NCBI RefSeq assembly: GCF_009914755.1
Contig: NC_060927.1
Direction: 5' to 3' (one strand)
From: the human T2T-CHM13v2.0 reference genome, Homo sapiens
Length of the DNA stretch: 64,000 bases
The translations under genes were made by a program, and so were the position numbers. Of the stretch, positions 1 to 15,882 are shown piece after piece (within the stretch, counting starts at the first letter, position 1; every line of letters begins with the position of its first letter). The notes beneath the pieces are model-generated. The model made no database searches. It saw only the letters and a program-made list of their open reading frames with translations, and was not told the origin of the DNA.

Positions 1-149
1 CCTTGGTTATAAAATAGGAAAGCATTAGCATATTCATATTCTCACTCTTTCTCTTTAAAAACTATATTTGTATTTTCTTTATATTTTCAGTTTATTACCT
101 ACATAGTCTCTTTAATCATCTTAATTGCCAAGTTTTTGTCTTATATGCA

Positions 150-716
150 TGTAATATTCTTCTTAGCTGCATAACAAAGTATCACACGTTTAACAGTTTA
201 ATATAACAACAATTTCCTATCTCACAGTTTCTAAGAGTCAGGAGGCCCAGCTTGGCCTAGCTGAATCCTTTGCTCAGGGTCTTACATACGGTGAATGAAG
301 GCAGAAGCAGGGATTAGAGTTTCCGCTGAGGCTTGGTGTCTTGTCTTGCTTCACACTGTAAAATTTATTTCTTGCTGCTGGATGAAGTGACTTGCTTCTT
401 TAAAGCCAGCAAGAAAGAATCTGACTTCTTCTGTCTCTGACTCCTAAGACCTCTCTGAAAGGGCTCACCTGATTTGATCAGACTCATCAAAAATCATCTT
501 CCTTTCACTAAGGTCAACTTATTACAGGGCCTAATGACATCTGCAAATTTCCTTCACCTTAGCCATACAACAGAACAGAAGCAGAGGAGTAATGTTCCTA
601 AACTTTGCCACATTCTAATGGTTAGAAGCAAGCTTCAGGCCTGCATTACACCAAAAGCCACAGGATTTTTCAAGGGTGTGGTCATGGAGTCTCACGTTAT
701 TATTCTGCCTACCACA
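150..716 (-). mobile_element. MaLR LTR, MLT1E/F-like
   Basis: Diverged MLT1 motifs in reverse orientation (ctcacagtttct...gcctagctgaatcctttgctcagggtctta) and terminus attctgcctaccaca. Confidence 0.6.
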
Positions 717-1538
717 AAACATGAGGCAATTTAGTTAATACCACTGCAAAGTCTTCTGCTGTCATTTCACCATTTCTTATTTGAAGTTTATCTTCTAATA
801 GTTTCTTCAAGAACGATTCTTGAGAAAAGCTTTCTCTGAGCTCTTAAATGCTTGACAGATTGATTTGTTACTTTTACATTTGAATGACAGTTTGCTGATT
901 ACTGATGCATACTTTCGTTTCTTGGGAGCTTTGCAGGCATTGCAAAAATCCTTTACAGAGTTCACTACTAATGATGGAAAAATGTTAGGCCAGCCTATTG
1001 TTTTATATTGAAAGGTAGAATGATATTTTGTTTAACTGACAATGCATTTATTGATAAGATTTTAAATCAATTGCTTCATTATGATATTTCTATATTGATC
1101 ATTCTGTTGATTTTTTTCCAAGACCAAGTAAGTCCTTTCGATTGGTGATTTCAATACTTTTTAATGAAATTTTTCCTGAATTTCATGTTGTTTCATATTT
1201 TTAAATTTACTTTTTAAAACTTTTTAGTTATCTTGTATTCCATATTGCATCCTTTGTGCTGCCTCGAAGTAATTACTCTTTTTCCCTCGATATCATTTGA
1301 TTTTTCTCTTATGATTCTTCTCAGGGGTCAGCCAGTGCATAGGTTATTTATTTCTCTAGTTCTGACATATTTTTCTGAGATTTTATTTGTCTGTTTTATG
1401 TTCTAATTTCTGTGATATTTACACATCACAGAAGTACAATGATACATAGTTTTATTTTATATTTAAATGTAACAGCAAAATTTTGGTCACAATGTTTACA
1501 TTAATTGTTAGTAATTGTTTTGCTGACTTTTGTTTTCT

Positions 1539-1854
<316 letters not shown>

Positions 1855-2975
1855 TAACTTTTGTATTCTAAAGAGTGTTAACATCATTTTTTTTCCTTTT
1901 TGTTTTTTTTTCTTCTTTTATCTTGTAGACCACATGCTTGACATTTTACATTTTACTTGTACTTTAATGATGTAACTACTTCCTGATCCAATTTTTATCA
2001 GGTGGAGCAGGGTCATTAAATAGCATAGCAGGGAATTTCGTTATGAAACGAGAGTATCTCTGAGGCCAGCCTTTTCACCTATATTTCTTCCAGACAAAAA
2101 TAATCAACTGCTTATAGGAAGGATACTAACAGTGCAACATGGTTGCCTTCCACCAGCCTACTACACTCTGATACCCCTTCAATTTCTTCTTCTGAAACTT
2201 CTTTTAAATATCTATTTAGTTATCTCTATACCTCATAACATTGATCTTAACATTGTGCCAATGTTAACATCTTAACATTTTGGTGCATTCATGGCAACTT
2301 CTTGAGTAGTGTCCTCCAGGATGCTAAGACTTTCTTCACTTGTTATCAAGTTTTTACTAACTATTGTGATTCTATTTCAAGAAAAAAATATATATATTTT
2401 GTGGCCAATATTTTAAATTCTTTTTTTCATTGTTATAAGTTCTTATTTCCTTCTCTTCTATTTTCTAATGCCTTTTTTCTTTAAATTTATTTTTTAGTTA
2501 ACTATTTGAGCATCACAAGCATACTTAATTTAAACCTGACATTAGACCATTTTATGAAATCATGTCCATCTAGATTTAACTTACATACTACTTATGAAGT
2601 TGTTTTTTACTTTCTTAGCATTAGTTTTTTTTTTGTTTGTTTGTTTGTTTCTGGCATTTTGGAATTCAGTATATTGTATCACAGGAAAAGGAGTTTCTTC
2701 TTTAAATTTATTCGTATTTTTTCAACTACGTTTTGATTTACTTTCATTTCCTCCTAACCAATAGTTTTCTAGTATCTGTTCCCTGACCTATTAATTTTTT
2801 ATACTAGAGGCCTTTGTTAACATTTTATAACCTTGTTAATTTAATAAAATATGAGGCTTTCAACTCTATGGTGGTAACTAGGGAGATCCACATTGAAACA
2901 TAGTTATTATCCTCATCTTTCTTTAGTTCCGTGTCTTCAAGTGATGTATGTTACTTTAAATTGTTGCCTTAGGAG

Positions 2976-3102
2976 TACAGTTGCCAGATAAAATACAGAG
3001 TGCCAAGTTAAATTTGAATTTCTACTAAACAGTGGATTTTTAAAAATTATAAACATGTTCCATTAGGTTTGGTGGTCTTATTTGCTGAAAGTGGCAACCC
3101 CA
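2976..3102. mobile_element. MER53-like hAT MITE, internally deleted
   Basis: Inverted ends gttgccagat.../...tggcaaccc and the internal motif agttaaatttgaatttc typical of MER53. Confidence 0.7.
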
Positions 3103-4087
3103 TAAAGAACATGGTTCTACAATAGTTTTGCTAGCCTCTTTTGCTGAGATAGGGAGCTTGACAGCCTATTAAGTTTGAGAGTAAAGCGGTGAGCCTCACT
3201 TTTGTTCCCAGTTCTCACAGTGCACATGTTGTCTATTATCATGCTGGAGCCAAATTCTCAGTCATCATTATATGCTTATGGGTCAAGGGCCCATGGTCTT
3301 TAACACTTTATACATTTAGTCTTGTTTTTTTCAACCTGGCTATGCCTTTTCAATTGGCTATATTTATAATATTTCTCTCACTTTTATGTATTAAGAGCTG
3401 AGAAAGAGCATTGCACATCAATATACTATATTCTTCTTGCCAGAAAGGAATTTATTCTGTTAAGAAATAAAATTCATAGAAAACAAGTAAAGCATCACAA
3501 TATTTTTCTTTTTTCTTTTATTTATTTTTTAATTTCAATAGCTTTTGGTTATAAGGATAAATTATACAGTGGTGAAATCCAAGATTTTAGTGCACCCGTC
3601 ACTGGATTAGTGTACATTGTACCCAATATGTAATAAATTATCCCTTGCACACTCTCCCACCCTCCCTCTTATGAGTTTTCATAGTACATTATATCACTCT
3701 GTTGCATGCCTTTGTGTACCCACAGCTTAGCTCCCACTTATTACTGAGAACTTACTGTATTTGATTGTCCATCCCTGAGTTACTTCACTTAGAATAATGG
3801 CCTGCAGCTCCACTCAAGTGGCTCCAAAAGACATTATTTCATTCTTTTTTATGGCTGAGTAGTGTTCAGTTGTGTATATATGCCACATTTTCTTTATCCA
3901 CTCATTGGTTCATGAGCACTTAGGTTGGTTTCATATCTTTGCAACTGTGAATTGGGTGCTATAAACATACACATGCAGGTGTCTTTTTGATACAATGATT
4001 TCTTTTGCATTGGGTAGACTCCTAGTAGTGGGATTGCTGGATTGAATAATAGATTTATTTTTAGTTCTTTAATAATACTCCATACTG

Positions 4088-4424
<337 letters not shown>

Positions 4425-7111
4425 CTACCAGCAGTGTGTAAGTATTCCGTTTTCACCATATCCATGCAAACATTTGTAGTTTTCCGACTTTTTAATAATG
4501 ACCATTCTTGCGGGAGTAAGGTGCTGTCTCGTTGTGATTTTAATTTGCATTTCCCTAATAATGTGATGTTGAACATTTTTTCATATGTTTTCAACCATTT
4601 GTATATATTCTTTTGAAAAATGTCTGTGTCATTTGCTCACTTTTGATTAATTAACATTTTCATTAGGACCTCTGTATTTATTTTTGTTTTTGTTAAATTT
4701 GCTTTTGGGTTCTAAGTCATGAATTAATTTTCCAGGCCAATGTCAAGAATAGATTTCCCTAGGTTATCTTTGTAAATAACCTAGAATTTTTATAGTTTCA
4801 AATCTTAGATTTAAGTATTTGATTTATCTTGAGTTGATATTTGTCTATGTTGAGAGATAGGGATCAAGTATTATTCTTTTACATGTGGCTAGACAGTTTT
4901 CTGAATATCATTTTAAAAATAGGGTGTCCTTCCCCTATCTTATGTTTTTGAATCCTTCGTCAAAAGTCAGTTGGTTGGTTGTAGGTATTTGGCTTTACCT
5001 CTGGGTTCTATTCTATTCCATTGGTTTATGTGTCTACTCTTATACCAGTACCATGTTGTTTTGGTAACTACAGCCTTCTAGGACAATTTGAAGTCTAGTA
5101 GTGTGATGCTTCTAAATTTGGTCTTTTTCCTTAGAATTGCTTTGACTATTTGGGAAATTTTTTTTGGTTCTATAGGAATTTTAGGATGGCTTTCTCTAAT
5201 TCTTTGAAAAATGATGTTGGTATCCTGATAGGAATTTCATTGAACCTGTAGTTTGATTTGGCGATATGGCCATTTTCATTATATTACTTCTTCTAATCCA
5301 TGAACACGGGATTTGGTGCCATTTGTTTGTGTCATCTATGATTTCTTTCAGCAATGCTTTAAATTCTCCTTGCATTCATCATTCATCTGGTTAAGTGTAT
5401 TTCTAGGTATTTTTTGTTGTAGCGATTATAAAAGGAAGTGAGGTCTTAATTTGATTCTCTGCTTGGTTACTGTTTATGTATAGAAGTTCTACTTATTTGT
5501 GAACATTGATTTGATAGCCTGAGATTTTACTGAATTCATTTATCAAATCTAGGAGCCTTTTGGATTTTCTAGATATATGATCATATCATCAGTGAACAGT
5601 GAAAGTCTGACTTCCTCTTTTCCAATTTGGATGCCCTTTATTTTTTTTTATCTGTCTAATTGCTCCAGCGAGGCCTGGTGATAATTAGGAGTGATAAGAA
5701 TGAACAGGAGTCATAAGAATGGGAATCCTTTTCTAGTTCCAATTATCAGGGGGAATACTTTAACTTTTTCCTATTCAGTCTGATGTTGGCAGTGGATCTG
5801 TCATATATGGCTTTTATTATTTTGAGGTAAGTCCCTCTATGTTTAGTTTGTTTAGTGTTTTTATCATAAAGGGATGTTAGATTTTATTAAATACTTTTCT
5901 GTATCTACTGAAATGAACATAAGGTTTTGTCTTTAATTCCATTTATATGATGTATCATGTTTATTGACTTGCCCATGTGAAACCATCCCTGCATTTCTGC
6001 AGTGAAACCCACTTGAACATGCTGTATTATCTTTTTGATGTGCTGTTTGATTTACTTAACTAGTATTTTGTTAAGGATTTTTGCATTTAAGTTCATTAGG
6101 GATACTGGCTTCAAGTAATGAATTAGGGAGGATTCTCTCTTTCTCTATATACTGAAATAGTTTCAGTAAGATGGTCACCAATTCTTCTTTGAATGTCTGA
6201 TAGAATTCAGCTGTGAATCCATCCTGCCCTGGTCTTTTTTGTTGTTTTGGGCAATTTTTAAATTACTGATTTAATGTCACTGCTTGTTATTGATTTGTTC
6301 AGAGTTTCTATTTTATTTATTTGACCTAGGAGGATTATACAATTCCAGAAACTTTTCAATTTCCTCTAGATTTTCTAGTTCATAGTAGTCTTGAATGATC
6401 TTTTGTATCTCTGGAGTCAGTTGTAATGTCTCCAGTTTCATTTCTAATTTAGTTTATTTGGCTTTCTCTCCTCTTTTCTTGGTTAATCTAGCTAATGGTC
6501 TATCAATTTCATTTATCTTTTCAAAGAATCAGCTTCTTTTATTGATGTTTTGTATTTTTTTGTTGGTGTTTCAATTTCATTTAATTCTGCTGGATTCATT
6601 GTTATTTCCTTTCTTCTGCTAGCTTTGTGTTTAGTTTGACCTTGTTTCTCTAGTTCCTTGATTTGTGACATTAAGAGGTCAATTTGGGATATTTCAGACT
6701 TTTTGATGTAAACATTTAGTGCTATAAACTTTCCTTTTAGCACTGCTTTTGCTATAACCCAGAGGTTTTGACAATTTGTGTCTCTATTATTATTCATTTC
6801 AAGGATTTTTAAATTTCCAACCTGATTACATTGTTAACCCCAAAATGATTCAAAAGCAGGTTGTTTAATTTTCATATATTTGTATAGTTTTGAAGGTTCC
6901 TTTTGTAGTTGACTTCTAGTTTTATTTCACTGTAGTCTGAGAAGATACTTGATATGATTTCAGTATTTAAGTTTTATTGAGACTTGTTTTCTGACCTATC
7001 ATATGGTCTCTTTTGGAGAATATCCCATCATCCCATGTACTTATGAGAAGAATGTATATTCTGCACTTTCTGGGTAGAATGTTCTATACATATCTGTTAG
7101 GTCCATTTGTT

Positions 7112-7412
7112 TTATTTATTATTATTATTATTGAAACAGAGTCTCACCTGTTACCTAGGCTGGAGTGAGGTAGCATGATCTCAACTCACTGCAACCTCCT
7201 CTTCCGGGTTCAAGTGATTCTCCTACCTCAGCTTCCTGAGTAGCCAGGATTACAGGTATGTGCCACCATGCCCAGGCAACTGTTGTATTTTTAGTAAAGA
7301 CAGGATTTCACCATGTTGGGCAGGCTGGTCTTGAACTCTTGGCCTCAAGTGGTCTGCCTGCCTTGGCCTCCCAAAGCTCTGGAATTACAGGCATAAAAAA
7401 CTGCACCAGACC
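7112..7412 (-). mobile_element. Older Alu (AluJb/Sz-like) inside L1
   Basis: Diverged dimer with (TTA)n tail; TSD tccatttgtt at 7102-7111 and 7413-7422. Confidence 0.92.
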
Positions 7413-10400
7413 TCCATTTGTTATAGAGTGTAGTTTAAGTCCATTGCTTCTTTGTTGACTTCTGCATTCATGATCTCTCTAGTGGTGGCAGTGAAGTCTC
7501 GAAGTTTCCCACCACTATTAAGTTAATATCTGTTTTCTGAGGTCTGGTACTAAATCTTTTATGAATCTAGGAGCTCCAGTCTTAGGTGCATATAAATTTA
7601 GAATTGTAATATCTTCTTGTTGGATTGATTCATTTATCATTATATAATGATCTTCTTTGTCTTTTTTTTTTCCTGTTGTTGCTTTTAAGTCTGTTTCATC
7701 AGTAATAAGAATAGCTACCCTGCATGCTTTTGGTTTCCATTTGCATGAAATATCTTTTTCCACCCCTTCACCATGAGTTCACATAAATCCTTACATGCTA
7801 TGCATGTCTCTTGAAGACAACAGATACTGGGTTTCTGATTTTTTTCATTTATTCTGCTATTAGGTGTCTTTTAAGTGGAGCATTTAGGCCATTTGCAGTC
7901 AAGGTTAATATTGAGATGTGAGGTACTTTTTTGGTGGTCATGCTAATTGTTACTTAGATACTTGTTTTCCTCATTGTATTATTATTTTATCAACCCTGTG
8001 AGTTTTATGCTTTCAAGAGGTTCTATTCTGGTGCATATAAACCTTTTGTTTCAGGATTCAGAACTCCTTTTCGAATTTTTTTGTAGGGCTGGTGTGATAG
8101 TGACAAATTCTTTCAGCATTTGTTTTTCTGAAAATGACTTGATTTCTCCTAAATTTATAGAAATTTGTTTTGCTGGATACAAAATTCTTGGCTGACAGTT
8201 ATTCTGTTTATGGAGGCTAAAGACAGAACTCCAATTCTTTCTGGCTTATACAGTTTCTGGTGAGAAGTCGGCTGTTAGTCTCATAGGATTTCTTTTGTAT
8301 GTTACCTTGTGCTTTTTTCTCCCTGCTCACAGAATTGCTTACTTCATGTTTAACTTTAAGTAGCCTGATGACTATACACCTTGGTAAAGTCTTGTTTGTG
8401 GTGAATCTCCCAGGAATTCTTTGAGCTTCCTGTATTTCAAATATCTAAATCTCTAGCAAGTCCAGATAATTTTTTTTAAATTTTTTCCTCAAATAAGTTT
8501 TCCAAATTTTTGCTTTCTTTTCTCCATCAGAAACACCAATTATTTTTAGGTGTGGCCATTTTGCATAATCCCATATTTCTTGGAGACTTGTCCAATTTAT
8601 TTTTATTTTTTATTTTTGTCTGAGTAGGTTAATTTAAAATATTGGTCTTCAAGCTCTGAAATTCTTTTTTCTACTTGTTCTAATCCATTGTTGAAAATTT
8701 TGACTACATGTTATAATTCCCTAAATTTGTCTCTCATTTTCAGACGTTCTGACTGTTCTTCCCTTAAAATAGCTATCTCTTTTGAAAATATTTTATTCAT
8801 ATCCTGAATTTTTTTTAATTTCTTTATATTGGTTTTCACATTTCTCTGGTATCTCCTTGACTAGCTTAACAATCAACCTTTTGAGTTCTTCATCTGTTAT
8901 TTCAAAGATTTCATCTTGATTTGGACCCATTGCTGGAGAGTTAGTGTGATCTTTTGGGGAGTTATAGAACCCTGTTTTGTTGTATTACTAGAATTATTTT
9001 TCTGGTTCATTCACATTTGGGTAGACTATTTTTTTCTAATTATTCTTAAATTTATTTCTTATTTGACTTTTTAAACAAATTTCTCTTTTTCTCTCTTAAG
9101 AATATGACTTTAATGTTTATAGTTTATTATGCCTTAATTTGGCTTTCAGGAGTAAAAACTCTGTATGATAGCTTTTTCAGATTCTGGTTGTAGTTGCTGT
9201 GCTTGGTGTGTGAGCAAGTTCACTGTTTCCTATTTAGTTGAAATGGCAGAGATATCTTGAAGCTTACTTTTTTCCCCAGTCATGTTCACTTTTTAAATTT
9301 ATTTATTTTTTCCCAGTATTTTGTTTACTGTGTTGAATAGTTCAGGGAGGATGTCCCTGTGTAGAAACTAGTTGTGACTAAAGCAGGTGGGTAAATGCAA
9401 TGGCCAATGCTGAGCCAAGGTCCCAGCCTTGACAGAGGTGGCTGAGGGAGCTCTCAGTGAAATGCACTGAGGTCTTATCATGGGGAAGGGTGGGAGCCAC
9501 CTCAGATCCCCTGCCAGGTCAGCAGGAAAGTCATCCACCTCCTAGACACATTCTTGACCCAGTTCCAGCTATTTGGATCAGGTAGTATCCTCTTTTCATC
9601 TGCAGAAATGTTGATGTTCCAAATAGAGAGGACCTGTGACTCTACCTCTCATGCATGCCTGAACCTGGAAGGTGTTTCACTTGTGGGGTGGAGTGTCTTT
9701 CCAGAAAAAAAAAGTGGTCTAGAAAGGCTGTCTATAGGTGCACCCATTCTGAGCTTCCATGGAAGAAGTCCCAGTTGTGTCTGCAGTGGTTGACATCAGG
9801 ATAAAGAAGTTCCTTTCTTCAAGACTCTTCACAAGTGCAGAGCTACATGTCTGCTAAGGTAGAGCAGCAGACTTTCCCTGCTAAGCCCAGCACTGCAACT
9901 TTGCCTGTGCTGAAATAAACTTCCTGTCAGTGGAAAAATCTGAAACTCATGGCCTACCATCCAGATTATTTTGTTCCATAGAGTGTTCACTAGATGTGGC
10001 TCATCCCCCCTTCCCTTAGGAGAAAGATTCCCTGAGAACCAGACTATTATGGATGCTGCTGCTCCTTGAGGTCTAGCCTCTCAATGGGGCTGACACTGCA
10101 GGCTGGTATTGAGGAATGTCTGCCAGGTGTCCAGTAATATGATCGGTTCTGATGGGGGTGACAGGGGAGTGACATAGACTCTGTGAGATTCTTTGGTTGT
10201 AGATAGCCATACTGTGTAGGCTTTCTCAGATGTTAATTGTAGTAATAATGAACTTGTCACATGGACAGACTCAAGACCTTCTGGTTAGCTAGGGTGATGA
10301 AGGCAATGATAGCTGAGGTCATGCACAAGTTTTATCCTTCCTGAGTGCAGTTATCCTACCTGTAGATGCTGTATTAGACTATGTTGGTTGGCCTCTAGCC

Positions 10401-12409
10401 AAGAGTTGGTTCTTGCAAAAGAGCACCAGCTGCCATAGAAGCAGTGCGATTTGTGCTTGCCTTATATTACCCAGGGATATACTCTGATTTCTCTCAAAAG
10501 TTTCTGTCCTTTATATTAAGCTATGAGGGTGGGTGAAGGGACAAATCCAGGTAAAGCCTGGGTCAGGCAGGTCCATATTCTGGCTCTTCACATATAGATA
10601 TGTGAGGCCCTTTTGGGAGTTGGGGGTGCTTCTCTGGCCACTGGGATAATGTTGCAGGAAGGAGTGTACCTGCATCTGCTGCACAGGAGAGTTCACATAG
10701 GGAGTGGGGAGTATCTGGTGGCCGTAAGCTTCACCCAGCTTCCATGCACTTGGCAAGGCAGGACTCTCACCCACAGTGTTCACTAACGGCAGCTAGCTGA
10801 ATTCCAAGCCAAGCCATCAACGCTCAGAACTCAAAAGTGTCCCAGGCAATAAGCCTTCCCTTTAGAGACAGAAAGTGTGGCTTTCAGGCCATACCCTTCC
10901 CCTTCCCCGCAAAGCCCAGGTACCCAGCTCCTGTGCCATGACTGCAGCCCACTTCCCACTTGCCCCCCCAGTTCTGGCCAAGGGAGTCTGTCCTTCCTGA
11001 AGTTTATATTTTACATTTTAGTTGGGAGTTTATTTCAATCTGCAACTGCTGCCTAAGTTAGTTTGCAGACTTCCACAAGGTCACCTGCGAGTAGAATCAG
11101 AAATGGCTTTCCTCAGTCCACACTGGAGACTGGGAATGTGTGCAGAGATCTTTGTGCTCCTTCTCCTACTTTTATATTTCTCACTGCACTCTATATCAGT
11201 TCCAGCATTGGGCAGGGTTGAGGCCTTCCACGGTGGGCTGGATTGCCAGGTTACCTGGTGGAGGGCTTATATCCTCCAACCAAGGGACTTACAGTTTCTA
11301 CTCAGCTCATGATGTAGGCTGCAGCCTGCTGCTTCTTTCAAAGGGTCTGTGGATTTCTTTCAATTTTCCTGTTAAATTCCTGCATTACTTCTTGGAAAAA
11401 ACTTTTACAACATGACTCTCTATACATGATTTTGTCTTTCCACATGGGAGAGAAATGCTAACACTGATTCCAATCAGTCATCTTGGGAAAAAAAAAGCAT
11501 CATAATATTTTCAAAAGATATCCAGTTATCTATGGAAATACATAATATTTTCTATAAATATATGCAAAAAAATAAATGTAATTCCATAATGAAATCTAAA
11601 ATCAGTCTGATATATTATTAAAAATTCAAGTGTTAATATTTGCTATGGAATCATAAGCCCAGTAAATATTTGGGAGAACTTATCATTTATATTCTCCTTT
11701 GTGTATAACACTGAACTTTTATGAAGTGTTTTATTATTAGGCATTAACTACAACATTACCTTTTAATGGAACCATAAATCTTTAATTATAGTTCAATATG
11801 TTGCTGACTTAAATTGCTTTTGGACTAAAACAATTCTATTACAATATACAGTATGAAGAAGCAATTTATTTTTCCCTAAAATAAATATTCTAATTTCAAA
11901 ACATAAAATAGATACATGTTGCAGCACATATCATTTTGGGGAGAAAATTAGTAAGACATTATCTTTTCTGCCAAAAATATGCTTACCTCCACCTTGTATT
12001 GTTATTCACATGTTTTGTACTAACAAGAGAAAGCCAGAATAGGATAAAGTGGAAAAGGAGGTAGACTTTAAAGGTCAGTGATTTCAACCACAAATAAAAT
12101 CAGAATTTACTTTCATTGCATACATAGTAATTTTAACACAAGGACAAGAATAACAGCAGCAGCAGCAACAACAACAAAAAAGCCTTTGAATGTGCTCTAT
12201 TTTTTAAAAGTACCTAAAAATATAGGTAAAAATTATCTTTACTTTTATGTGTATGTGCATTTAACTCAGTTTATATGGAACCTCATACATGTGTTCATCT
12301 GTACATTTATGTGATTTATCATATGTAAAAGTTAAGAGCTATGATGGTTAAGTGTAGGTAGAATAGCAGACTTATTTAATCTTAATATTTTTAATTTGAC
12401 CATAGAAAA

Positions 12410-12615
12410 TATATTGTAGTAAGACGGAAACTGGGTTTGAATATATCTTCACATTCAATTTCTTAGTTTTTCAAATAACTAACTTTTCTAAGTCTTTGTA
12501 TGATCTTATATAAAAATTGAAAAATCTTATACCTAACTAATAAGAATTAATTAAAACATGGATGTACCTTGCTTGGTAACATATGCCTGGGTCATAGTAA
12601 ATATATAACTAATGG
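12410..12615 (+). mobile_element. MIR SINE fragment
   Basis: Degenerate MIR core (ctgggtttgaat...; atgcctgggtcatagtaaat). Confidence 0.5.
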
Positions 12616-13573
12616 ATTTTTTCTTGTCCTACTTGTATTCTAAATAACTTCTATGTACATTTATAATGAATACTTATTAAGAAGTATATTATGCTAAATG
12701 TTTCTCCAAGTATTCACTTGTGGTGATGTCAGGTACATATATTAAATATATTTTCTCTTTTGATCTAGATTCTTACACAGGAACAGTTTTCTGTAAAAGT
12801 TTGGTTTTCTTTCTCACCGTGACTTTTTATTTCATTGAGTACATCTTTTTTTTTTAAAGTTTCTGCTGTAATCTACACACAAACTATTATTTGTAAAAAA
12901 AAAAAAAAACCTCCTTTGATTCTGATGAATAAGCAGACTATTTTTAAACACAATGAAAGATAAATTCCATGAGAAAAATAATTTAGATGGTCAATTATTT
13001 TATGTAGTTAAATCACATCAATGAAGAAAATATTACATAGAAAAAAATTAAATACATTTATTTTAAAATTTGATAATGAATTTCAAATATTGGTCACAAA
13101 ACAAATAAGATAAGGAGAGTTTCCATTATTTTACATTCAGTATAGGCATGTACAGAAAAGCAGCTGCCATCTTTTTTTTTATTAGCATTATAGTGTGATT
13201 TTTTAATTTTTCTTTTTTCAGTAATAATATAGCAAATAGCCAATGTTTAAAAACAGACACAGTAGGATTAGCAAAATAGTGTAAACAGAGATTAGCTATC
13301 TAATGAATACAGATGGTGTGGTACCAAAAACAGGTAAATGTGGATTACATTTGGGACAATAAAGGAAACAAATACAACATATTTAAATTCCCATCCATAT
13401 ACATAAATTCAATAACTAGACTGGAGTGATATTTTTTACTTAATAAAGCCTGTATCAACTACTGTAAGCCTTACTAGGGAATGCAAAGATGAACAAAAAA
13501 TAAAGACGTTTCTCATGTGAAGAAATACATGTATATTATATTAGAGAATGTCACATACTTGAAATGTGTAGAT

Positions 13574-13805
13574 CAGGCTTGTCCACCTCACAGCCTGTGG
13601 GTCTCTTGTGGCCCAGGATGTCTTTGAATGCAGCCCAACACAAATTCATAAACTTTCTTAAAACATTATGAGAATGATTTTTTTGTGATTTTTTTTTGTT
13701 TTAGCTCATCAGGTATTGTTAGTGTTAGAGTATTTTTTGTGTGGTCCAAGATAATTCCTCTACTTCCACCGTGGCCCAGGGAAGCCAAAAGATTGGACTC
13801 CCCTT
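13574..13805 (-). mobile_element. MER30 hAT-Charlie MITE
   Basis: Matches MER30 (gtggcccagggaagccaaaagattggac); imperfect TIRs; 8-bp TSD gtgtagat/atgtagat. Confidence 0.9.
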
Positions 13806-14207
13806 ATGTAGATGATTAGGAAAGGAGAAAATTGCTTTCTAAATCAAAACATAGATATTACATAGAAAGTCTGCTTTACCCACATTTAAACTCTGCCTCT
13901 AATATATTTATACAATAATATGTAGGGAACTCAAAAATATTCAGGAATGTTCTACAGCTACCTAAAAATAACTTGCATTTCCCTTTAAGGGTGGCAAAAA
14001 CCATGTTGCCAGTGAAATAACTACTTCAAAGTAATCTCAAAATTTCAAGTGAAAAAGGACATCCAGAAACAATATCTACTATATAATATTCAAAATTATC
14101 ACACTCGTGTGTGTGTGAGTGCACATGTGTATGTGTAAGTGCACAAAACATGCATACCAATGAAACCCTATTTGCTGGCTTATATTTTCTGCTGTTTGGT
14201 ACTTAGT

Positions 14208-14229
14208 ATGTGTGTGTTTGCGTGTGTGC

Positions 14230-14269
<40 letters not shown>
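14208..14269. repeat. (TG)n(TA)n compound microsatellite
   Basis: Seen directly. Confidence 0.9.
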
Positions 14270-14458
14270 GCACATCTACATATTTATAATGTCCTGAAAG
14301 TATATATATTATTATTTTAGAATTAGACATTATAAACAGTAAAAGTTTTTTTTTTTTCCAGAATTAATGAGGCATGTTAATCTTTAAGGTGCGTTAAATT
14401 TTAAGGTATGCTAACTAAGCCCAAATTGAAGAAGAGTAGTAACCAGTCATTGAAACTG

Positions 14459-14882
14459 TGTCCCATAGTTTAGATAAGAATTGTTTGTCCCCAAGTCCCA
14501 TGTTGCAATTTGATCCCCAATGTGAGAGGTGTGGCCTGGTGGGAGGTGTTTTGTTCCCTGGGGGGAATTACTCATGAATGGCTTGCTGCCATTCTCACTG
14601 GAGTAAGTGAGTTCTCATTTTTAGTTCCTGCACGTAGTGGTTGTTGAGCCTGGCACCTCCTCCCGTCTCTCTTTTGCTTCCTCTTTCTCTGTGTGATCTG
14701 CACATTTTGTCTCCTCTTCACCTTGCATTGTGAGTGGAAGCAGCCTGAGGCCCTCACCAGATGCAGATGCTAGCACCATGCTTCTTGTACAGTCTACAGA
14801 ACTGTGACCCAAGTAAAACTCTTTCCCTTATAAATTATCCAGGTGCAGGTATTTCTTTATAGAATACAAATGGACTAGGACA
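14459..14882 (+). mobile_element. MSTB-like MaLR solo LTR
   Basis: Motifs ggcctggtgggaggtgttt and gaagcagcctgaggccctcaccagatgcagatgc; terminus tggactaggaca. Confidence 0.85.
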
Positions 14883-15882
14883 CTATATATTTATTTTAGT
14901 ATAAAGATGCTCATCAAAGCCTAAGGATAAAGTTAAAGATAGAAAATAAAAAAAAGACTAAATATAAATGGAATAGAATTAAAGAAAACAAAACTATCTA
15001 TTTTGTAGTATTCATACTTTTAAAAAGTACAGTAGAAAATCTTAATAATATCAGGTAAATATTTATCAAATATTTTAAATGTCTTACATAGAATTACAAA
15101 ACACACTTTGTGCATCACTGCATTTTAAAACATGACAGGACAGAATCTTTGCCACCTTTATATTTTATGAAGAGTTCTATGAAAAATGAAATTTTAGTCC
15201 ATCAGCCAGATGGTTTGTTGGAAAGATGCCAAATTGCTGCCTGCTTAATAATAGTTGCATTATTAACTGTATTTCCTTTTTTACTCACATTTGGCAAAAT
15301 GCAGAAAGAAAAGTTATTCAATGTAACTCTTTTAACTTGAAGAATTTAATGGTATTCCATTTCTGACAACAGAGAAGATCCTTGTTTTTCATAAAAAAAT
15401 TTATTTTTAAGGACAGAATACCAAAGCTCAAAATGTACTGTGTGGTATAAGTGTTCACACTATTGTAAGCCTTTCACTTTTTATTACTTCCAGAATATAT
15501 TTTCAGATTCAATTTTTCACCTATCTGCTACTATGTTTCTATCAATGTACAAAAATCTGAAGAACATTTATATTGAATGTTTTAAGTACAGAAGTTTTAC
15601 AATGTTCCTTCCAGAAATTTGATTGTCAAAGTAACTTAGACAAGCTGATATTTCATGTATTTGTACAAATCATATTACGGATTTGCACAAATATTAAGAA
15701 ATTTAATGAGAATTTGCACTGAATATCAACACATTTTAATAGCCTTGTAGCTATCATAAAAGCCCGGCTATTTAACATTAACTATGCTAATATATATCAT
15801 AAGCACAACAAAGTAATTAAATTCTTACAAACTAAAAACATTTTTTATCTTCGAGCACGATTAGTGCAGAGACTTTTTATTG

